Shown here piece after piece: positions 12,920-22,723 of a DNA stretch of 46,431 nucleotides. This DNA is from a phage. The notes under the pieces were generated by a model, which saw only the letters and a program-made list of their open reading frames with translations, was not told the DNA's origin and did not search any database. The stretch lies in NCBI GenBank assembly GCA_021146965.1, contig GCA_021146965.1_4847.1; one strand, 5' to 3'. The translations under genes and the position numbers were made by a program. Within the stretch, counting starts at the first letter, position 1; the number at the start of each line of letters is the position of its first letter.

Positions 12920-13426
12920 TCAGAACGGAATGTCGTCGTCGAAGTCAATCGGCGGCTCATTGCCTCCTTGTGGGCTTTGTTGTTTTTGTGGCTGTTGTTG
13001 TTGCGGATTTGTCCCCCATCCACCTTGAGGTTGCTGTCCTGATTGCTGGCGTGGTTGTTGCTGATCAGAATCATCACGTCTACCACCAAGCATCTGCATA
13101 ACACCACCCATCTGCGGAATGACAATCTCAGTGGTGTATTTGTCCACGCCGTTGCTGTCAGTCCACTTACGAGTGCGTAGCTGGCCTTCGATATAAACCT
13201 GAGAACCTTTGCGAAGGTATTCGCCTGCAATCTCAGCAAGTTTCCCGAAGATGACCACGCGATGCCACTCGGTCTGTTCTTTCTTTTCTCCTGTCTGCTT
13301 ATCTTTCCACTGCTCAGATGTTGCAACAGAAAGGTTGGCAATTGAAGAGCCTGATGCTGAATATTTAACTTCAGGATCGTTTCCGAGGGTACCGACAATA
13401 ATTACTTTATTTACGCCGCGTGCCAT
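12920..13426 (-). CDS. ssb: single-stranded DNA-binding protein
   Basis: 168 aa; OB-fold N-terminus ([20 protein letters not shown]...WHRVV.FGKLAE), Gln/Pro/Gly-rich linker and acidic C-terminal tail DFDDDIPF. Confidence 0.9.
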   Translation of the reverse strand: MARGVNKVIIVGTLGNDPEVKYSASGSSIANLSVATSEQWKDKQTGEKKEQTEWHRVVIFGKLAEIAGEYLRKGSQVYIEGQLRTRKWTDSNGVDKYTTEIVIPQMGGVMQMLGGRRDDSDQQQPRQQSGQQPQGGWGTNPQQQQPQKQQSPQGGNEPPIDFDDDIPF

Positions 13427-13429
13427 TTA

Positions 13430-14470
13430 TTAAAATCCTTCAATTGGAGTTGGTTTATGTTCGGTTTTTGTTTCTTCCTGCTGTTCTGGCTGATGATGTT
13501 GCGGTTTAGCCAGTTTTGCAGGGTTGAAATTATCCTGTGGAGTTATTACCACAGGAGGTAATTGCTCATCATTGATAAAAGACTCAATGCGATCATATTC
13601 AGCAGCAGAAGCAGCGAGAGAAGGCCATATTGCACGAATCTTATCTTTCAGGTTATCAGGTATTGATTTCGCCTCTTCCTTCAGTCCTTCCATTCCTTTT
13701 GCTGCTGAAAGCTGAAGTCGTGAGCGCCATGATTCAAACTCTTCGTCAACTTTAACACCAGAGTCCACCCATTTGATGAGTCCTCGACCATGAGCCTCTC
13801 CAATATAGCCATGACGAACGCTTTCACGACCAGACTCAAAGAAGATGGGGCGTAGCTCTTCTGGTAATTTGGTGAACTCCTGAATTTTTCCTCCATCGTG
13901 CATCATCATGCTCACGGTCATCTCGAACATGAAATCTTTCTCGCACACTGGCTGTAACCCAAGTGATACAGGTTCCTTCGGGTTTGCGAAGTCAGTTTTC
14001 TGGCGAGCGCGAAGACAGACAATGATATGCATATTGCTTTGTAGCATGGCATTCATGAACTTCTTGTGTTCAGCTTTGGCGCGCTTCCAGTCAGCCATCT
14101 TTTTACCGTTAAGCAGCGGCTTTTCAGCAATCTCCGTGCAACTGCCTTCACCTTCCCATTCATGCGAACCTGAATCAATAACAAGAACCTTAACGCCGGC
14201 AGCCTGAAACTCTTCAATGGCCTGACGGTAACGGGCCGGGCTGAATGGAGCATACATATCAGCGTGCAGGAATTTGCCATCAAGGATGTTTGAGTACAGG
14301 CGACCGCGACCATTTTCAGTATCAAGGAATCCGATTTCTTCTGGTGAGTCAACCATCCCGCGAGCCAGCTTAAGTGCGCTGTATGTTTTTCCGCTACCAG
14401 ACTGGCCTGAAATACCGATGACTACACGAGAACCTGAACGCTCTGCTGGTTTAATATTGAGAATACCCAT
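13430..14470 (-). CDS. Sak4-like RecA-fold ATPase (ssDNA annealing/recombination)
   Basis: Walker A GISGQSGSGKTYSA near N-terminus, ~340 aa, adjacent to ssb; start placed at ATG 14470 (GAGGTG 6 nt upstream) rather than GTG 14479. Confidence 0.7.
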   Translation of the reverse strand: MGILNIKPAERSGSRVVIGISGQSGSGKTYSALKLARGMVDSPEEIGFLDTENGRGRLYSNILDGKFLHADMYAPFSPARYRQAIEEFQAAGVKVLVIDSGSHEWEGEGSCTEIAEKPLLNGKKMADWKRAKAEHKKFMNAMLQSNMHIIVCLRARQKTDFANPKEPVSLGLQPVCEKDFMFEMTVSMMMHDGGKIQEFTKLPEELRPIFFESGRESVRHGYIGEAHGRGLIKWVDSGVKVDEEFESWRSRLQLSAAKGMEGLKEEAKSIPDNLKDKIRAIWPSLAASAAEYDRIESFINDEQLPPVVITPQDNFNPAKLAKPQHHQPEQQEETKTEHKPTPIEGF

Positions 14471-14487
14471 TTTCATCACCTCACTAA

Positions 14488-15426
14488 TTATAAATTAAAC
14501 TGTTTTTTGAACCATTCAGGCGTTTCCATTTCTATGACAGGATTACCCATTGAATAACCGGGCCACGAATTGGCTTTTTTGCACGCCTTGTAAATTTCCA
14601 TAGCGCCATGCAACTGAATTCGACCGATGCGTAATTGCTCTTCAGTCAAGCGAATTAACGCAGGAATAAATGGTGCTTTCTTTTCCTGAACGAGAAGATT
14701 AACAGAGCGTGGCGCATGACCATATGCCGCAACAAACATGTCGTGCTGCATCGCCATTTTCATAAAGTACCCAAGTCTCGCAGCATGACGGAAAAACTCT
14801 TCTGGCTTGGCGCTCACCGCTGTTTTGTAGTCGATTATGTCGCCACCTTTGGTAAGGCAGTCAAAGCGAACTTTTGCCTTCTCTCCGTTAAGTTCACCTA
14901 GAATTGACACTTCAGCATAAGCACCAGCGAGAAGACTGCTGTAATAGCTGTTTGCGTGGATTACAGCACGCATTTGCTGAATAGCGTCATAATCACCACC
15001 TTCCAGCATTTGCTTTCCTACAGCAGCTTTTTCAGCCTCTTCACGGATGACATCGTAAATTTTCACTGGCTCGCCAGTCGCCTGGATGATTTTGATCACC
15101 TCAGCTTTCGACTTTCCTGAAAGTCCTTTGATGCCTCGTTCTTTTGCCCATGAGTTCATATCACTTACAGTAACAAGCAGGTCATCACCAAAATCTTCTT
15201 TGGTTGGCATTCGTGCATATTCAGCATCAAAACGCTCTGGTTCAAGCAACGCAGTATGGCTACCTGTACCGAATATAAGAGCTTTTGATTGCTCATCCTC
15301 TTCGTCTTTGTATCGCCATGCTGCCGGGCATCTGTCAAGTATATTCCATAATCCAGAACCATTAATGTGCTCTGTGTCAGCATGATAATCCTGATTGCTT
15401 AATTCATTGTTGAAATAAACTCTCAT
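14488..15426 (-). CDS. PD-(D/E)XK family exonuclease (RecB/Cas4-like)
   Basis: ~310 aa with D...D-x-K-type nuclease signature (GGDIIDYKTAVSAKPEEF) and position in recombination module; start ATG 15426/15429. Confidence 0.6.
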   Translation of the reverse strand: MRVYFNNELSNQDYHADTEHINGSGLWNILDRCPAAWRYKDEEDEQSKALIFGTGSHTALLEPERFDAEYARMPTKEDFGDDLLVTVSDMNSWAKERGIKGLSGKSKAEVIKIIQATGEPVKIYDVIREEAEKAAVGKQMLEGGDYDAIQQMRAVIHANSYYSSLLAGAYAEVSILGELNGEKAKVRFDCLTKGGDIIDYKTAVSAKPEEFFRHAARLGYFMKMAMQHDMFVAAYGHAPRSVNLLVQEKKAPFIPALIRLTEEQLRIGRIQLHGAMEIYKACKKANSWPGYSMGNPVIEMETPEWFKKQFNL

Positions 15427-15428
15427 CA

Positions 15429-16055
15429 TCACTCTCCGTGGTTACAGAATTCTTTATGCATCTTTTCTCTGAATTTCATCACAGACAACCTCGCTCTCTC
15501 AATATCATTGAATAACCCAAGATGGTATCTTTTCCCGTTAACATCACAGTAAGCATGCCACTTTTTAACCTGTTTTTGCCAATACACACCTTTAACTCCT
15601 GATGTGTTATTTTTTGGTTTTTTAGCGTTATACTGGTTCTGCATATTTGTTGCGATTCTTAAGTTGCAAATCCTGTTATCGTCACGCACACCGTTAATGT
15701 GATCAATTTGACCTTCAGGCCAGAAACCATAATAAATCAACCATACCAAGCGATGCGCGTAGTATCTTTTATTATTTATGCTTATCTCTATGTATCCGTT
15801 ATGTTTTTTCCTGCCAGCGACACTACCCTTTCTTACACCTCCACCCGTCTTATTTCTAATGAAAACCCCTGTTTCATGGTTGTAATTTAAGCTATCCAAA
15901 ACAACATAACGTGGTATTCTTTTTCTTCTTCCTATGGTGTTTGACTCTGCACTTCCCTGAGCAAAATCTTGCTTTTGCAGTTCCGATAAACTCATTTCCA
16001 CAAACCTCGCACTTCTTAACGGTGATAGCCATTTCTTACCCTCTATTGTAATCAT
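15429..16055 (-). CDS. HNH homing endonuclease with AP2 DNA-binding domain (paralog 1 of 4)
   Basis: IDHINGVRDDNRICNLR HNH motif plus AP2-like SGVKGVYWQKQVKKWHAYCDVNGKRYHLGLF; paralogous to 25547..26059, 34748..35260, 36012..36542. Confidence 0.8.
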   Translation of the reverse strand: MITIEGKKWLSPLRSARFVEMSLSELQKQDFAQGSAESNTIGRRKRIPRYVVLDSLNYNHETGVFIRNKTGGGVRKGSVAGRKKHNGYIEISINNKRYYAHRLVWLIYYGFWPEGQIDHINGVRDDNRICNLRIATNMQNQYNAKKPKNNTSGVKGVYWQKQVKKWHAYCDVNGKRYHLGLFNDIERARLSVMKFREKMHKEFCNHGE

Positions 16056-16100
16056 TTTCCGTTACATTGCAAGTAACTTTTATTTGTTACTAACGATACA

Positions 16101-16526
16101 TTAATCTACGTCATCCAGCAAGCCAAAATAGAAAAGCGTGGCTTTTTTTAATTCATCAAGCCCATAAGCTATGGCAGCATAATGACCAAGCCTGCACATC
16201 TCTGTTAGCACTGCTGATTGATCCTTGCTCACCCTGCTTTTGCTTTTATCGCGGCGCTTTGCTTCAATCATCCCACAACTGTGATTTACCCCCGGAGTCA
16301 TTATCACATTGTCGCCTATACCAGCCTTAACCCCCATCTTCTGGCGCTTCAGCACAAACTGCACCCTGCTTGATGTGCCAGTTTCGTTGGGTACATGAAA
16401 CCACAGAACATCAGGGAAGCGGTGTTGCATCCATGTTCCATAACCCATCTGGTCAGTCTCCTCTTTTGGGCATTCTCCTCGATAACCGCTATCAAATACC
16501 CATATACCGCTATCAAGCTGCTTCAC
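16101..16526 (-). CDS. VRR-NUC domain nuclease
   Basis: 141 aa; GMIEAKRRDK...SKDQSAVLTEMCRLGHYAAIAYGLDEL fits VRR-NUC (D..EAK then Q..w...G) pattern; adjacent to SF2 helicase as commonly seen; GTG start with AAGGA RBS. Confidence 0.6.
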   Translation of the reverse strand: MKQLDSGIWVFDSGYRGECPKEETDQMGYGTWMQHRFPDVLWFHVPNETGTSSRVQFVLKRQKMGVKAGIGDNVIMTPGVNHSCGMIEAKRRDKSKSRVSKDQSAVLTEMCRLGHYAAIAYGLDELKKATLFYFGLLDDVD

Positions 16527-16536
16527 TTTGTTATCC

Positions 16537-18435
16537 TTAAAATTCTTTTCGGTGGATTATGTCGCGACCTTTATCATTAATGCGATGCGTGATGCGTTTT
16601 GGCGCTTTAATCAACCCCGCATACATCATGAACTGCTTGGCGTTCTGGCATTTCAATATTTTCCCAGCCATTGACTTATCATCAAGGTGTGGGAATACAG
16701 CCTTTGCCTTGAACATGTTTTTCATGTGAGTTGCGCCGTCATAAGGGTAGAAAACTTCATTAGCCCAGCCTTCTTTGCCATCACAACGGTTAATCCAGTA
16801 GCGATATAAAATCCCCTCTCCGTCCTTCGTTAGTTGAACCTTGAAATCCATAACATCAGCCCACTCGTTATCTGTATAAGCACGCTCATTCAGTGCCGAA
16901 TTAGGGTCGCGCAACACGTGATCGCAATGTCTGCAATAGCGCGCAGTGGGGTCGTTTTTAGTGCCGCAACCATCATCAAAAATCCGGATTCCGTGCTTAT
17001 CAAAACCGCAACGGATGTAACTGAAAAATTCTTCGCAGCGACCATCTGGAGATAGCGGGTCTTTCCCTATGCATCGACGCGCATATGGGCTGTTCATTGT
17101 TCCACATGTATGACACGGAACTTGTTCGCCACTGCGTTTTGAACGTTGCGCTTCAGCCTCTTCCAGAATCGGGTCTTCATACAGCTGACCAAGCTCAAAC
17201 ATCGTGCCAGAGAAATCAAGAACCAGATGGTCTTCTTTATGATACCCGGCATCAATTTGCTCTTTCTTCAGTAGGCGCATTCCGCGACCAAGAAGCTGGA
17301 CAAGGAGAGTTAGCGACATTATTTTTCGCAATATGCAGCTCGTATCCCATAACGGTATATTTACGCCAGTGGTAAGGGCGGCTATCTGGAATGTGAATTT
17401 TTTACGCCCGGTGTATGCATCTTTTAGAGCCTTCCTTCTGGCTTTTGACCCCATATCTTCTGTAACTATTGAATAACTTCCTTCGGGTAGGTATTTTGCC
17501 GCCTCCTGACAATGTTTTTTACCAGCACATGTAATCAGTACGCCGTTTCTGTTTTTAGTCAACTCCATAACCTTGAGCATGATTTTCTGCGTCAACGTAC
17601 CTTGCTCAAGAATTTCTTTCTGCATCTGCTTGAGCTGCTCGGCGGTAAAGTCCTGAGTACCATCAACATCTGAACCATGAAAATCCGAAAGGTCATAATG
17701 CAGACTATCAACATCATGAAGACCAAAAATTGTTGGAACAAGAAAACCGTTTTCAACCATGTACTTGGTGTCTATGTTGATAATCTCTTTCTTCCAGAAA
17801 GCGCCTTTTATTGATGTAGTTCCGCGAAACGGTGAGCCTGTATAACCTATTATTCTCAACTCATGGCCATGCTTATCTTTACACCTTTTCATTAGCTCAT
17901 TAATTATCACTGCATACTGCGTATCACCATTATTAACAACATCAATGTCATTAACCATATGATTTTCATCGATCAGCAGGAATCTTGGGCAAAAGTCAGA
18001 GAGCGCACCTTTTGCAATAACATTCCCATGCTCATCTTTTTTATCAAACAAAGCATTTACAACAGTACCCTCAGAACCACAGATTATTGGGTACGTAGAA
18101 CTTTTCCTACCCAACGAAGCACTGAATAGCGAGTTTCTAACACCAAGCAACCATAGCTCTTCCGCATCTTGCTCCACTATTTCGCCCTGTCTTGATAAAA
18201 TCATCCCTGAATAGCCCATCTCCTGAAAACGCTTTGCTATCATGGCAATCATCAGTGACTTTCCGCTACCGACACTTGCTGTTACATAGCTTGGGCCAAC
18301 ATAATGACGAATCACATCGCCAGTTAACTTATATATCAACCACTGATAGGGTCTTGGCTCGATATCACCAGTATCCAGATAAGATTTCAGCAGATTAATA
18401 TCAATCTCTGAAATCATTTTGTCGATTTTATGCAT
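16537..18435 (-). CDS. SF2 DNA helicase (DEAD/DEAH-type) with C-terminal zinc-ribbon region
   Basis: motif I ASVGSGKSLMIAMIA, motif II LLIDENH, Cys-rich C-terminal segment (CHTCG...CRHCDH); start at ATG 18435. Confidence 0.8.
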   Translation of the reverse strand: MHKIDKMISEIDINLLKSYLDTGDIEPRPYQWLIYKLTGDVIRHYVGPSYVTASVGSGKSLMIAMIAKRFQEMGYSGMILSRQGEIVEQDAEELWLLGVRNSLFSASLGRKSSTYPIICGSEGTVVNALFDKKDEHGNVIAKGALSDFCPRFLLIDENHMVNDIDVVNNGDTQYAVIINELMKRCKDKHGHELRIIGYTGSPFRGTTSIKGAFWKKEIINIDTKYMVENGFLVPTIFGLHDVDSLHYDLSDFHGSDVDGTQDFTAEQLKQMQKEILEQGTLTQKIMLKVMELTKNRNGVLITCAGKKHCQEAAKYLPEGSYSIVTEDMGSKARRKALKDAYTGRKKFTFQIAALTTGVNIPLWDTSCILRKIMSLTLLVQLLGRGMRLLKKEQIDAGYHKEDHLVLDFSGTMFELGQLYEDPILEEAEAQRSKRSGEQVPCHTCGTMNSPYARRCIGKDPLSPDGRCEEFFSYIRCGFDKHGIRIFDDGCGTKNDPTARYCRHCDHVLRDPNSALNERAYTDNEWADVMDFKVQLTKDGEGILYRYWINRCDGKEGWANEVFYPYDGATHMKNMFKAKAVFPHLDDKSMAGKILKCQNAKQFMMYAGLIKAPKRITHRINDKGRDIIHRKEF

Positions 18436-18698
18436 TACCAAATCCTCGCACCAAGACGTTCAATTGTTTGTTTCTTTGTTTCATCATCTATTCCGCTATA
18501 AAAATACATATAACTAAGATTCCATAGATAATCTTCTGGTCGCTCATCGGCAAACAAATCATCCCACTCAAAAATCCATTCTCCAGTTCTCTGTCTTCTG
18601 TATATGGTTAGCCATGTATTGCTTCGTGGCGGGTATCCGAAGGAAACAGGGATTGGCTTGCCATGAAAAATCCTCTTAAAAATGCTATCAAGGAACAC
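18435..18698 (-). CDS. hypothetical protein
   Basis: 87-aa ORF, GTG start with upstream AGGA; first gene of leftward transcript from 18699-18773 intergenic region. Confidence 0.4.
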   Translation of the reverse strand: MFLDSIFKRIFHGKPIPVSFGYPPRSNTWLTIYRRQRTGEWIFEWDDLFADERPEDYLWNLSYMYFYSGIDDETKKQTIERLGARIW

Positions 18699-18713
18699 TG
18701 CTATATCCTTTTA

Positions 18714-18742
18714 TTGATGTTTCTACGTCAGTTAGCTTATAC
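18714..18742 (+). promoter_or_regulatory. putative sigma70 promoter for primase gene
   Basis: TTGATG (18714-18719) - 17 nt - TTATAC (18737-18742); spacer contains TCTACGTCA motif copy. Confidence 0.4.
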
Positions 18743-18773
18743 TCAATCTACACCAACAATCAAGGGTAAATTT

Positions 18774-19727
18774 ATGAGATACGACTGGAAAGACATTGAG
18801 CCAAAAATGATCGGAAATTGGCAAGCTGCCATCATGTCTATCGTCAATGTGGATAGCAGAGTTTTCAATGGCAAGCACCAGCCATGCCCGTCATGCTCAG
18901 GAAAAGACAGGTATCGCTTTGATGACAACTTCGAAACAAAAGGCGATGGCGGCGCAATCTGCAATCAGTGCGGTTCCGGCAGCGGCATGAATTGGCTGAT
19001 GAAACTCTCCGGAATGAGCTTTCCTGAAGCGCTGGAGGCACTTGGTGGATTCCTGAATATGCACCCGCGTGAAAAGCTGGAGGCAATCAGGAAAGAGCTA
19101 CCGAAGATAAATCACAGCGATGACTTCATCACCGAGCAGGAAGTCGCAGCAATCATGGCTAAAACGACTCGTGTCGCGATGAATGAGTGGACTTTGATAA
19201 ATGGTATTGGTTGCGACGTTAACGTCACCAGAGGCAAATCTGGAGAACTTATTGCGGTTGAGATGATGCGAGCTGACACAATGAAACTGTGCAACGTGGC
19301 ATTCATTGGCATGGATGGTGATTCAATCAGAACGTTTTTCCGCGCAGGATACAACAAGGACTCAGCCATCAACGGCAAACTCACGCGCGGCGCGATAAGC
19401 CCAATCGGAGAAGACAACGGGAAGTTCATTTACCTGGTATCTGATTATGCCGATGCGTGGAAATGCCACTACTTCACTGGCGCTCATGCCTGGTGCTGCT
19501 GGTCGCCGGAAAACATGTGGGAGGTTGTGCGCTCGGTTAGCGATGAAACGAAGGCGAGATTGCGCTGCATAGTTAATTATAAATTCGACGAACTTTGCGC
19601 TGCGGAAAATGCAGGGCTTCCGGTGATGCTTCCTGATGATGCTGAAACAATAAGGATGGCAAAGAGAATCAGGAGAAAGATTTATGACGCTGGCGAGCTG
19701 ATAGAGAAAATGCCAGTAAGCAGATAA
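18774..19727 (+). CDS. putative DNA primase (P4-alpha-type zinc-binding domain plus toprim-like region)
   Basis: HQPCPSCSGKDRYRFDD...GGAICNQCGSGSGMNWLMKLSGMSFPEALEAL is the classic primase zinc-binding signature; start at ATG 18774 with AAGGG RBS; encoded opposite to surrounding replication genes. Confidence 0.65.
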   Translation: MRYDWKDIEPKMIGNWQAAIMSIVNVDSRVFNGKHQPCPSCSGKDRYRFDDNFETKGDGGAICNQCGSGSGMNWLMKLSGMSFPEALEALGGFLNMHPREKLEAIRKELPKINHSDDFITEQEVAAIMAKTTRVAMNEWTLINGIGCDVNVTRGKSGELIAVEMMRADTMKLCNVAFIGMDGDSIRTFFRAGYNKDSAINGKLTRGAISPIGEDNGKFIYLVSDYADAWKCHYFTGAHAWCCWSPENMWEVVRSVSDETKARLRCIVNYKFDELCAAENAGLPVMLPDDAETIRMAKRIRRKIYDAGELIEKMPVSR

Positions 19728-19755
19728 AATAAACCCTCCGACTGGAGGGTTTTTG

Positions 19756-20061
19756 TTATGCTTTGATGTTAACTTTTATTGCGAACACTTCCACCGGGTC
19801 AGGACCGAAGTGTGGGTGGGTGATGGTCTTAACCGTCCATCCATCGTATGGGATATCAATACGCCTGGATTTATCGTCCTTCTTTGGATATCCTTTTGTG
19901 ATAATTAACCTTTCGTACTTCCTTCCAATCTGTCCGCTGTCTTTAAAGTTAATAAGGCGCTTCTTCCAGTAGTCATTAAAAAGGCGATACTCTTCCGTTT
20001 TCTCTCCGCGAATCATGGCATCGAAGTATTCACCTTTGACAGCAAGTTGCAGGTTAGCCAT
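19756..20061 (-). CDS. ASCH-domain-like protein
   Basis: N-terminus MANLQLAVKGEYFDAMIRGEKTEEYR resembles ASCH/PUA-like fold signature; start at ATG 20061. Confidence 0.45.
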   Translation of the reverse strand: MANLQLAVKGEYFDAMIRGEKTEEYRLFNDYWKKRLINFKDSGQIGRKYERLIITKGYPKKDDKSRRIDIPYDGWTVKTITHPHFGPDPVEVFAIKVNIKA

Positions 20062-20318
20062 TACCGCGCCTCCAGTCTCCATACCGCCTGACCAATCCGG
20101 CTGGCATAGGTGTCTTTGGATACCGCTACGTCTTTAGCCAGCTTCATAAGAATTTTTCGCAAATCTGCCGAACGCCATTCTTCATCAGGAAATTCCTTCT
20201 CCATTGCCAACCGCAAATTCCATGTTGCTATCCTGAATGGATATTCCCCGCCGAGAGCTTTCTCTTGCAGGGCAGCCCGGGAACGCATCACCTGCAAAAC
20301 CTTCTCTTTTACATCCAT
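20061..20318 (-). CDS. hypothetical protein
   Basis: 85-aa ORF in leftward operon, ATG start. Confidence 0.45.
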   Translation of the reverse strand: MDVKEKVLQVMRSRAALQEKALGGEYPFRIATWNLRLAMEKEFPDEEWRSADLRKILMKLAKDVAVSKDTYASRIGQAVWRLEAR

Positions 20319-20328
20319 TTCCTTACCC

Positions 20329-20520
20329 TCACTTAATCATCAATTTTGAAATGTCAACATAACCAACAGAAAATCTGTGCCAGTAATCATCAAGTACGTG
20401 GTAATTAGATCGAATCCATACTTTGTTAATCCCAGACCAGAAAAACCACGTCGAATAACCATACGGTCTGAAATTCCATGAGCCTTCTGAGCGGCAAAGT
20501 TCGCCTGATATTGTTATCAT
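20329..20520 (-). CDS. hypothetical protein
   Basis: 63-aa ORF, ATGA-coupled to upstream gene. Confidence 0.4.
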   Translation of the reverse strand: MITISGELCRSEGSWNFRPYGYSTWFFWSGINKVWIRSNYHVLDDYWHRFSVGYVDISKLMIK

Positions 20521-22073
20521 TTCAACCTCGGATTTATGTGAACAGTGTTTCCGATAAATACGCAGTAACCATCCTCTTCAAGTGATGGCAATACACTTGA
20601 TCTGAGTCGGTCATAAATTTTAGGTATCCCTTTGAATGGTCGCACGTTTTTAAGTGAATCATAAAGCCACTTCACCGTTACGCTATTTTTCCCTTTCTGA
20701 GCGGCGGAGCGTAGTTTTTCGGCAACAACATCAAACTCAGATCGTTCACCAGCATACCCATTTGATTCAACAGCATCAGTGAACGTTTTTGTCAGTGCGT
20801 CATAAACACTGATGGCGCGACTAATTTCATTTTCACCGATAATCTTTGAACGCTTTCCTCCATCGCACCAGTTTTCAGCAGCGTGAAATATTGCTGCCAG
20901 ACGTATTATTTGCTTATCAGCTTTACCCATCGCGCCACGAAGAAGAACGTGGTCCCACTTACCGCCGGGAAGGAAGTTTTTCTCCCACTGATTTCGTAAC
21001 AGGCCGATCATTCTTGCTGAGTCATTGTGAAGCGTCAGTTTTGTTTTTTCTGCTGACACAACATTATGTATAAATCTTGCATATTCCGACCTCAAGCTGT
21101 CTGGCATTGGCTTGCTTACAGGGCAATCATTAACCATGTCCCAGTGTTCGCGATAGCCAAGCATTGATTGCTCTCGCAACATCAGGAAACGTTCAGAAAG
21201 ACCGTTCCCCCTGTCGCCAGCGGCAAGAATGGCATCAATACTTTCATCCTGCGCAATCACACTTATGTTTCCAAGCACGTAACCAGATGAAACGCCACGA
21301 CCAACACGAGCAGAGCCAATGAATCCGCCATCCCATCCCTTCAGGATGACTTCGGCGTTTGCCTTTCCACCTTCCTTTCCGTAAGAGAGGCCAAGACATG
21401 TGTTAAGAACGCTTGCCTCGTCACTTATCAGATTAAAAAAGCCACCTTCATGGATTGCCTGATGCTGAACAGCCTCCGGCGTTGCGTCAGTAAGTGGGTA
21501 TGTAATCGTATAAAGCTCTTCCAGCTTCTCCTTTTCCCGAGCAATATCGTCGCCGATTAGTGCCTTTGCATTCTGATTGCTGGCCTCTTTATATGCCTTC
21601 ATCAATTCTTCAATGCGAAGATTTATTTTTATGATCTGCTTTTCCATCTTTTTGGAAAGGTTGTCATATTCAATCTTCACCGGATTCATGTGCATTGAGT
21701 TGATAGCGGTTTTCCCTGCTGATGGAGGCTGAGAAGTAACCACGTAAAGAGAAACTGGAAGCTCTGAATGGTAATACTCAACGCTAAAGTTTCTCGTCAT
21801 TGCGCTGGCGACGCAACCAAGTAAATGCATGAACGATGTATTTATTGGGAACTGAACTGCGCGAGCTGCAGCGATTGCATAACGAGACAGCAAATCAGTC
21901 CTGTGCTCACTGGTCAGTTCTGTTTCTGAATACGTTACATCACGCTCCTTACCTTCCTTGATGTCCAGCCACATATTTGAGCTTGGTATCATGCCATAAT
22001 GGAAGGCAACGCGAGCCGGAGATACTTTCAATTCCCTTGCTTCGTTGAAGATGTCTTGAGCTGTGATCATCAT
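20517..22073 (-). CDS. putative replication protein with degenerate P-loop (DUF3987-like)
   Basis: 518 aa; YVVTSQPPSAGKTAIN P-loop-like motif; sits next to primase and origin-like region; family assignment from memory only. Confidence 0.4.
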   Translation of the reverse strand: MMITAQDIFNEARELKVSPARVAFHYGMIPSSNMWLDIKEGKERDVTYSETELTSEHRTDLLSRYAIAAARAVQFPINTSFMHLLGCVASAMTRNFSVEYYHSELPVSLYVVTSQPPSAGKTAINSMHMNPVKIEYDNLSKKMEKQIIKINLRIEELMKAYKEASNQNAKALIGDDIAREKEKLEELYTITYPLTDATPEAVQHQAIHEGGFFNLISDEASVLNTCLGLSYGKEGGKANAEVILKGWDGGFIGSARVGRGVSSGYVLGNISVIAQDESIDAILAAGDRGNGLSERFLMLREQSMLGYREHWDMVNDCPVSKPMPDSLRSEYARFIHNVVSAEKTKLTLHNDSARMIGLLRNQWEKNFLPGGKWDHVLLRGAMGKADKQIIRLAAIFHAAENWCDGGKRSKIIGENEISRAISVYDALTKTFTDAVESNGYAGERSEFDVVAEKLRSAAQKGKNSVTVKWLYDSLKNVRPFKGIPKIYDRLRSSVLPSLEEDGYCVFIGNTVHINPRLK

Positions 22074-22309
22074 GAAATCCTTTTTACGTAAACCATGTCT
22101 TTATCAGGGTATCCAACCTTTGTTGAGAATTTCATTCCTTCATTCCTGCGCATGAAGTAGTTTAATGCGTTCCTCAGGTTTGCAATTCCTCCAAACCTCT
22201 TCGAGTTAATCATCACAGTCTCACCTACTGAAACCGCCGACAACCCAGAAAGAGCTGCATTCTTTTTGCCGTACTTGTCAAGTTTCACAAAAGCCTCCAA
22301 CAGCAACAA
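22070..22309 (-). CDS. hypothetical protein (first gene of leftward early operon)
   Basis: 79-aa ORF with TTG start per track; ATGA-coupled to downstream gene. Confidence 0.35.
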   Translation of the reverse strand: MLLLEAFVKLDKYGKKNAALSGLSAVSVGETVMINSKRFGGIANLRNALNYFMRRNEGMKFSTKVGYPDKDMVYVKRIS

Positions 22310-22362
22310 ATTATAATTGAATCATATCATAACTATTGAATCATGCAACATCAAATACGACT

Positions 22363-22671
22363 CACGTGGGTAGCGTGGGGCAGCCGTGGGGAACATCACC
22401 TTCCCCACGAAGTTTCACTCTAAGTATATGTAATATAATATAATTATTATTATTTGGGTTAATGGGTAATATTATTATTCATATTATAGATAGTAATTAA
22501 CATAATATTAACAAATGGATTATTTGAATATATTTATAAGGGGATGGGTATGAAATCTTCCCCTTTTTACCCACGAAAAATAAAAACATTAAAATCAATT
22601 ATTTACGATGAAAAACGTGGGGCAACTGACCTTCCCCACGACCTGCCCCACGGGTAAAAATTTACCCCACG
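22363..22671. repeat. iteron-like CGTGGGG/CCCCACG heptamer clusters flanking a ~200-bp AT-rich core (putative origin of replication / divergent control region)
   Basis: left cluster: CGTGGG(G) at 22363-22370, 22374-22380, 22384-22391 plus inverted CCCCACG 22403-22409; right cluster: CGTGGGG 22616-22622 plus inverted CCCCACG 22634-22640, 22646-22652, 22665-22671; core 22411-22610 is very AT-rich. Confidence 0.6.
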
Positions 22672-22694
22672 AGCACGTTTTTAACGCATTCATG

Positions 22695-22723
22695 TTGACG
22701 TAGAATCACAACTGATGTAGATT
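22695..22723 (+). promoter_or_regulatory. putative rightward early promoter
   Basis: TTGACG (22695-22700) - 17 nt - TAGATT (22718-22723), 30 nt upstream of first rightward ORF. Confidence 0.55.

Noticed and set aside
13430-14479. Upstream GTG/TTG start codons used by the ORF track for several genes (e.g. 14479, 15432, 18441, 28132, 42659, 44062)
   Set aside because: Where an in-frame ATG lies a few codons downstream with better Shine-Dalgarno spacing and an overlap with the preceding stop codon, the ATG was preferred; the track coordinates remain possible alternatives.
22363-22671. Short direct and inverted repeats that might be mistaken for a CRISPR array
   Set aside because: Repeats are 7-8 nt, in both orientations, with irregular spacing and an AT-rich core; no 25-40 nt repeat/spacer periodicity and no cas genes. 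Interpreted as iterons/operator sites.
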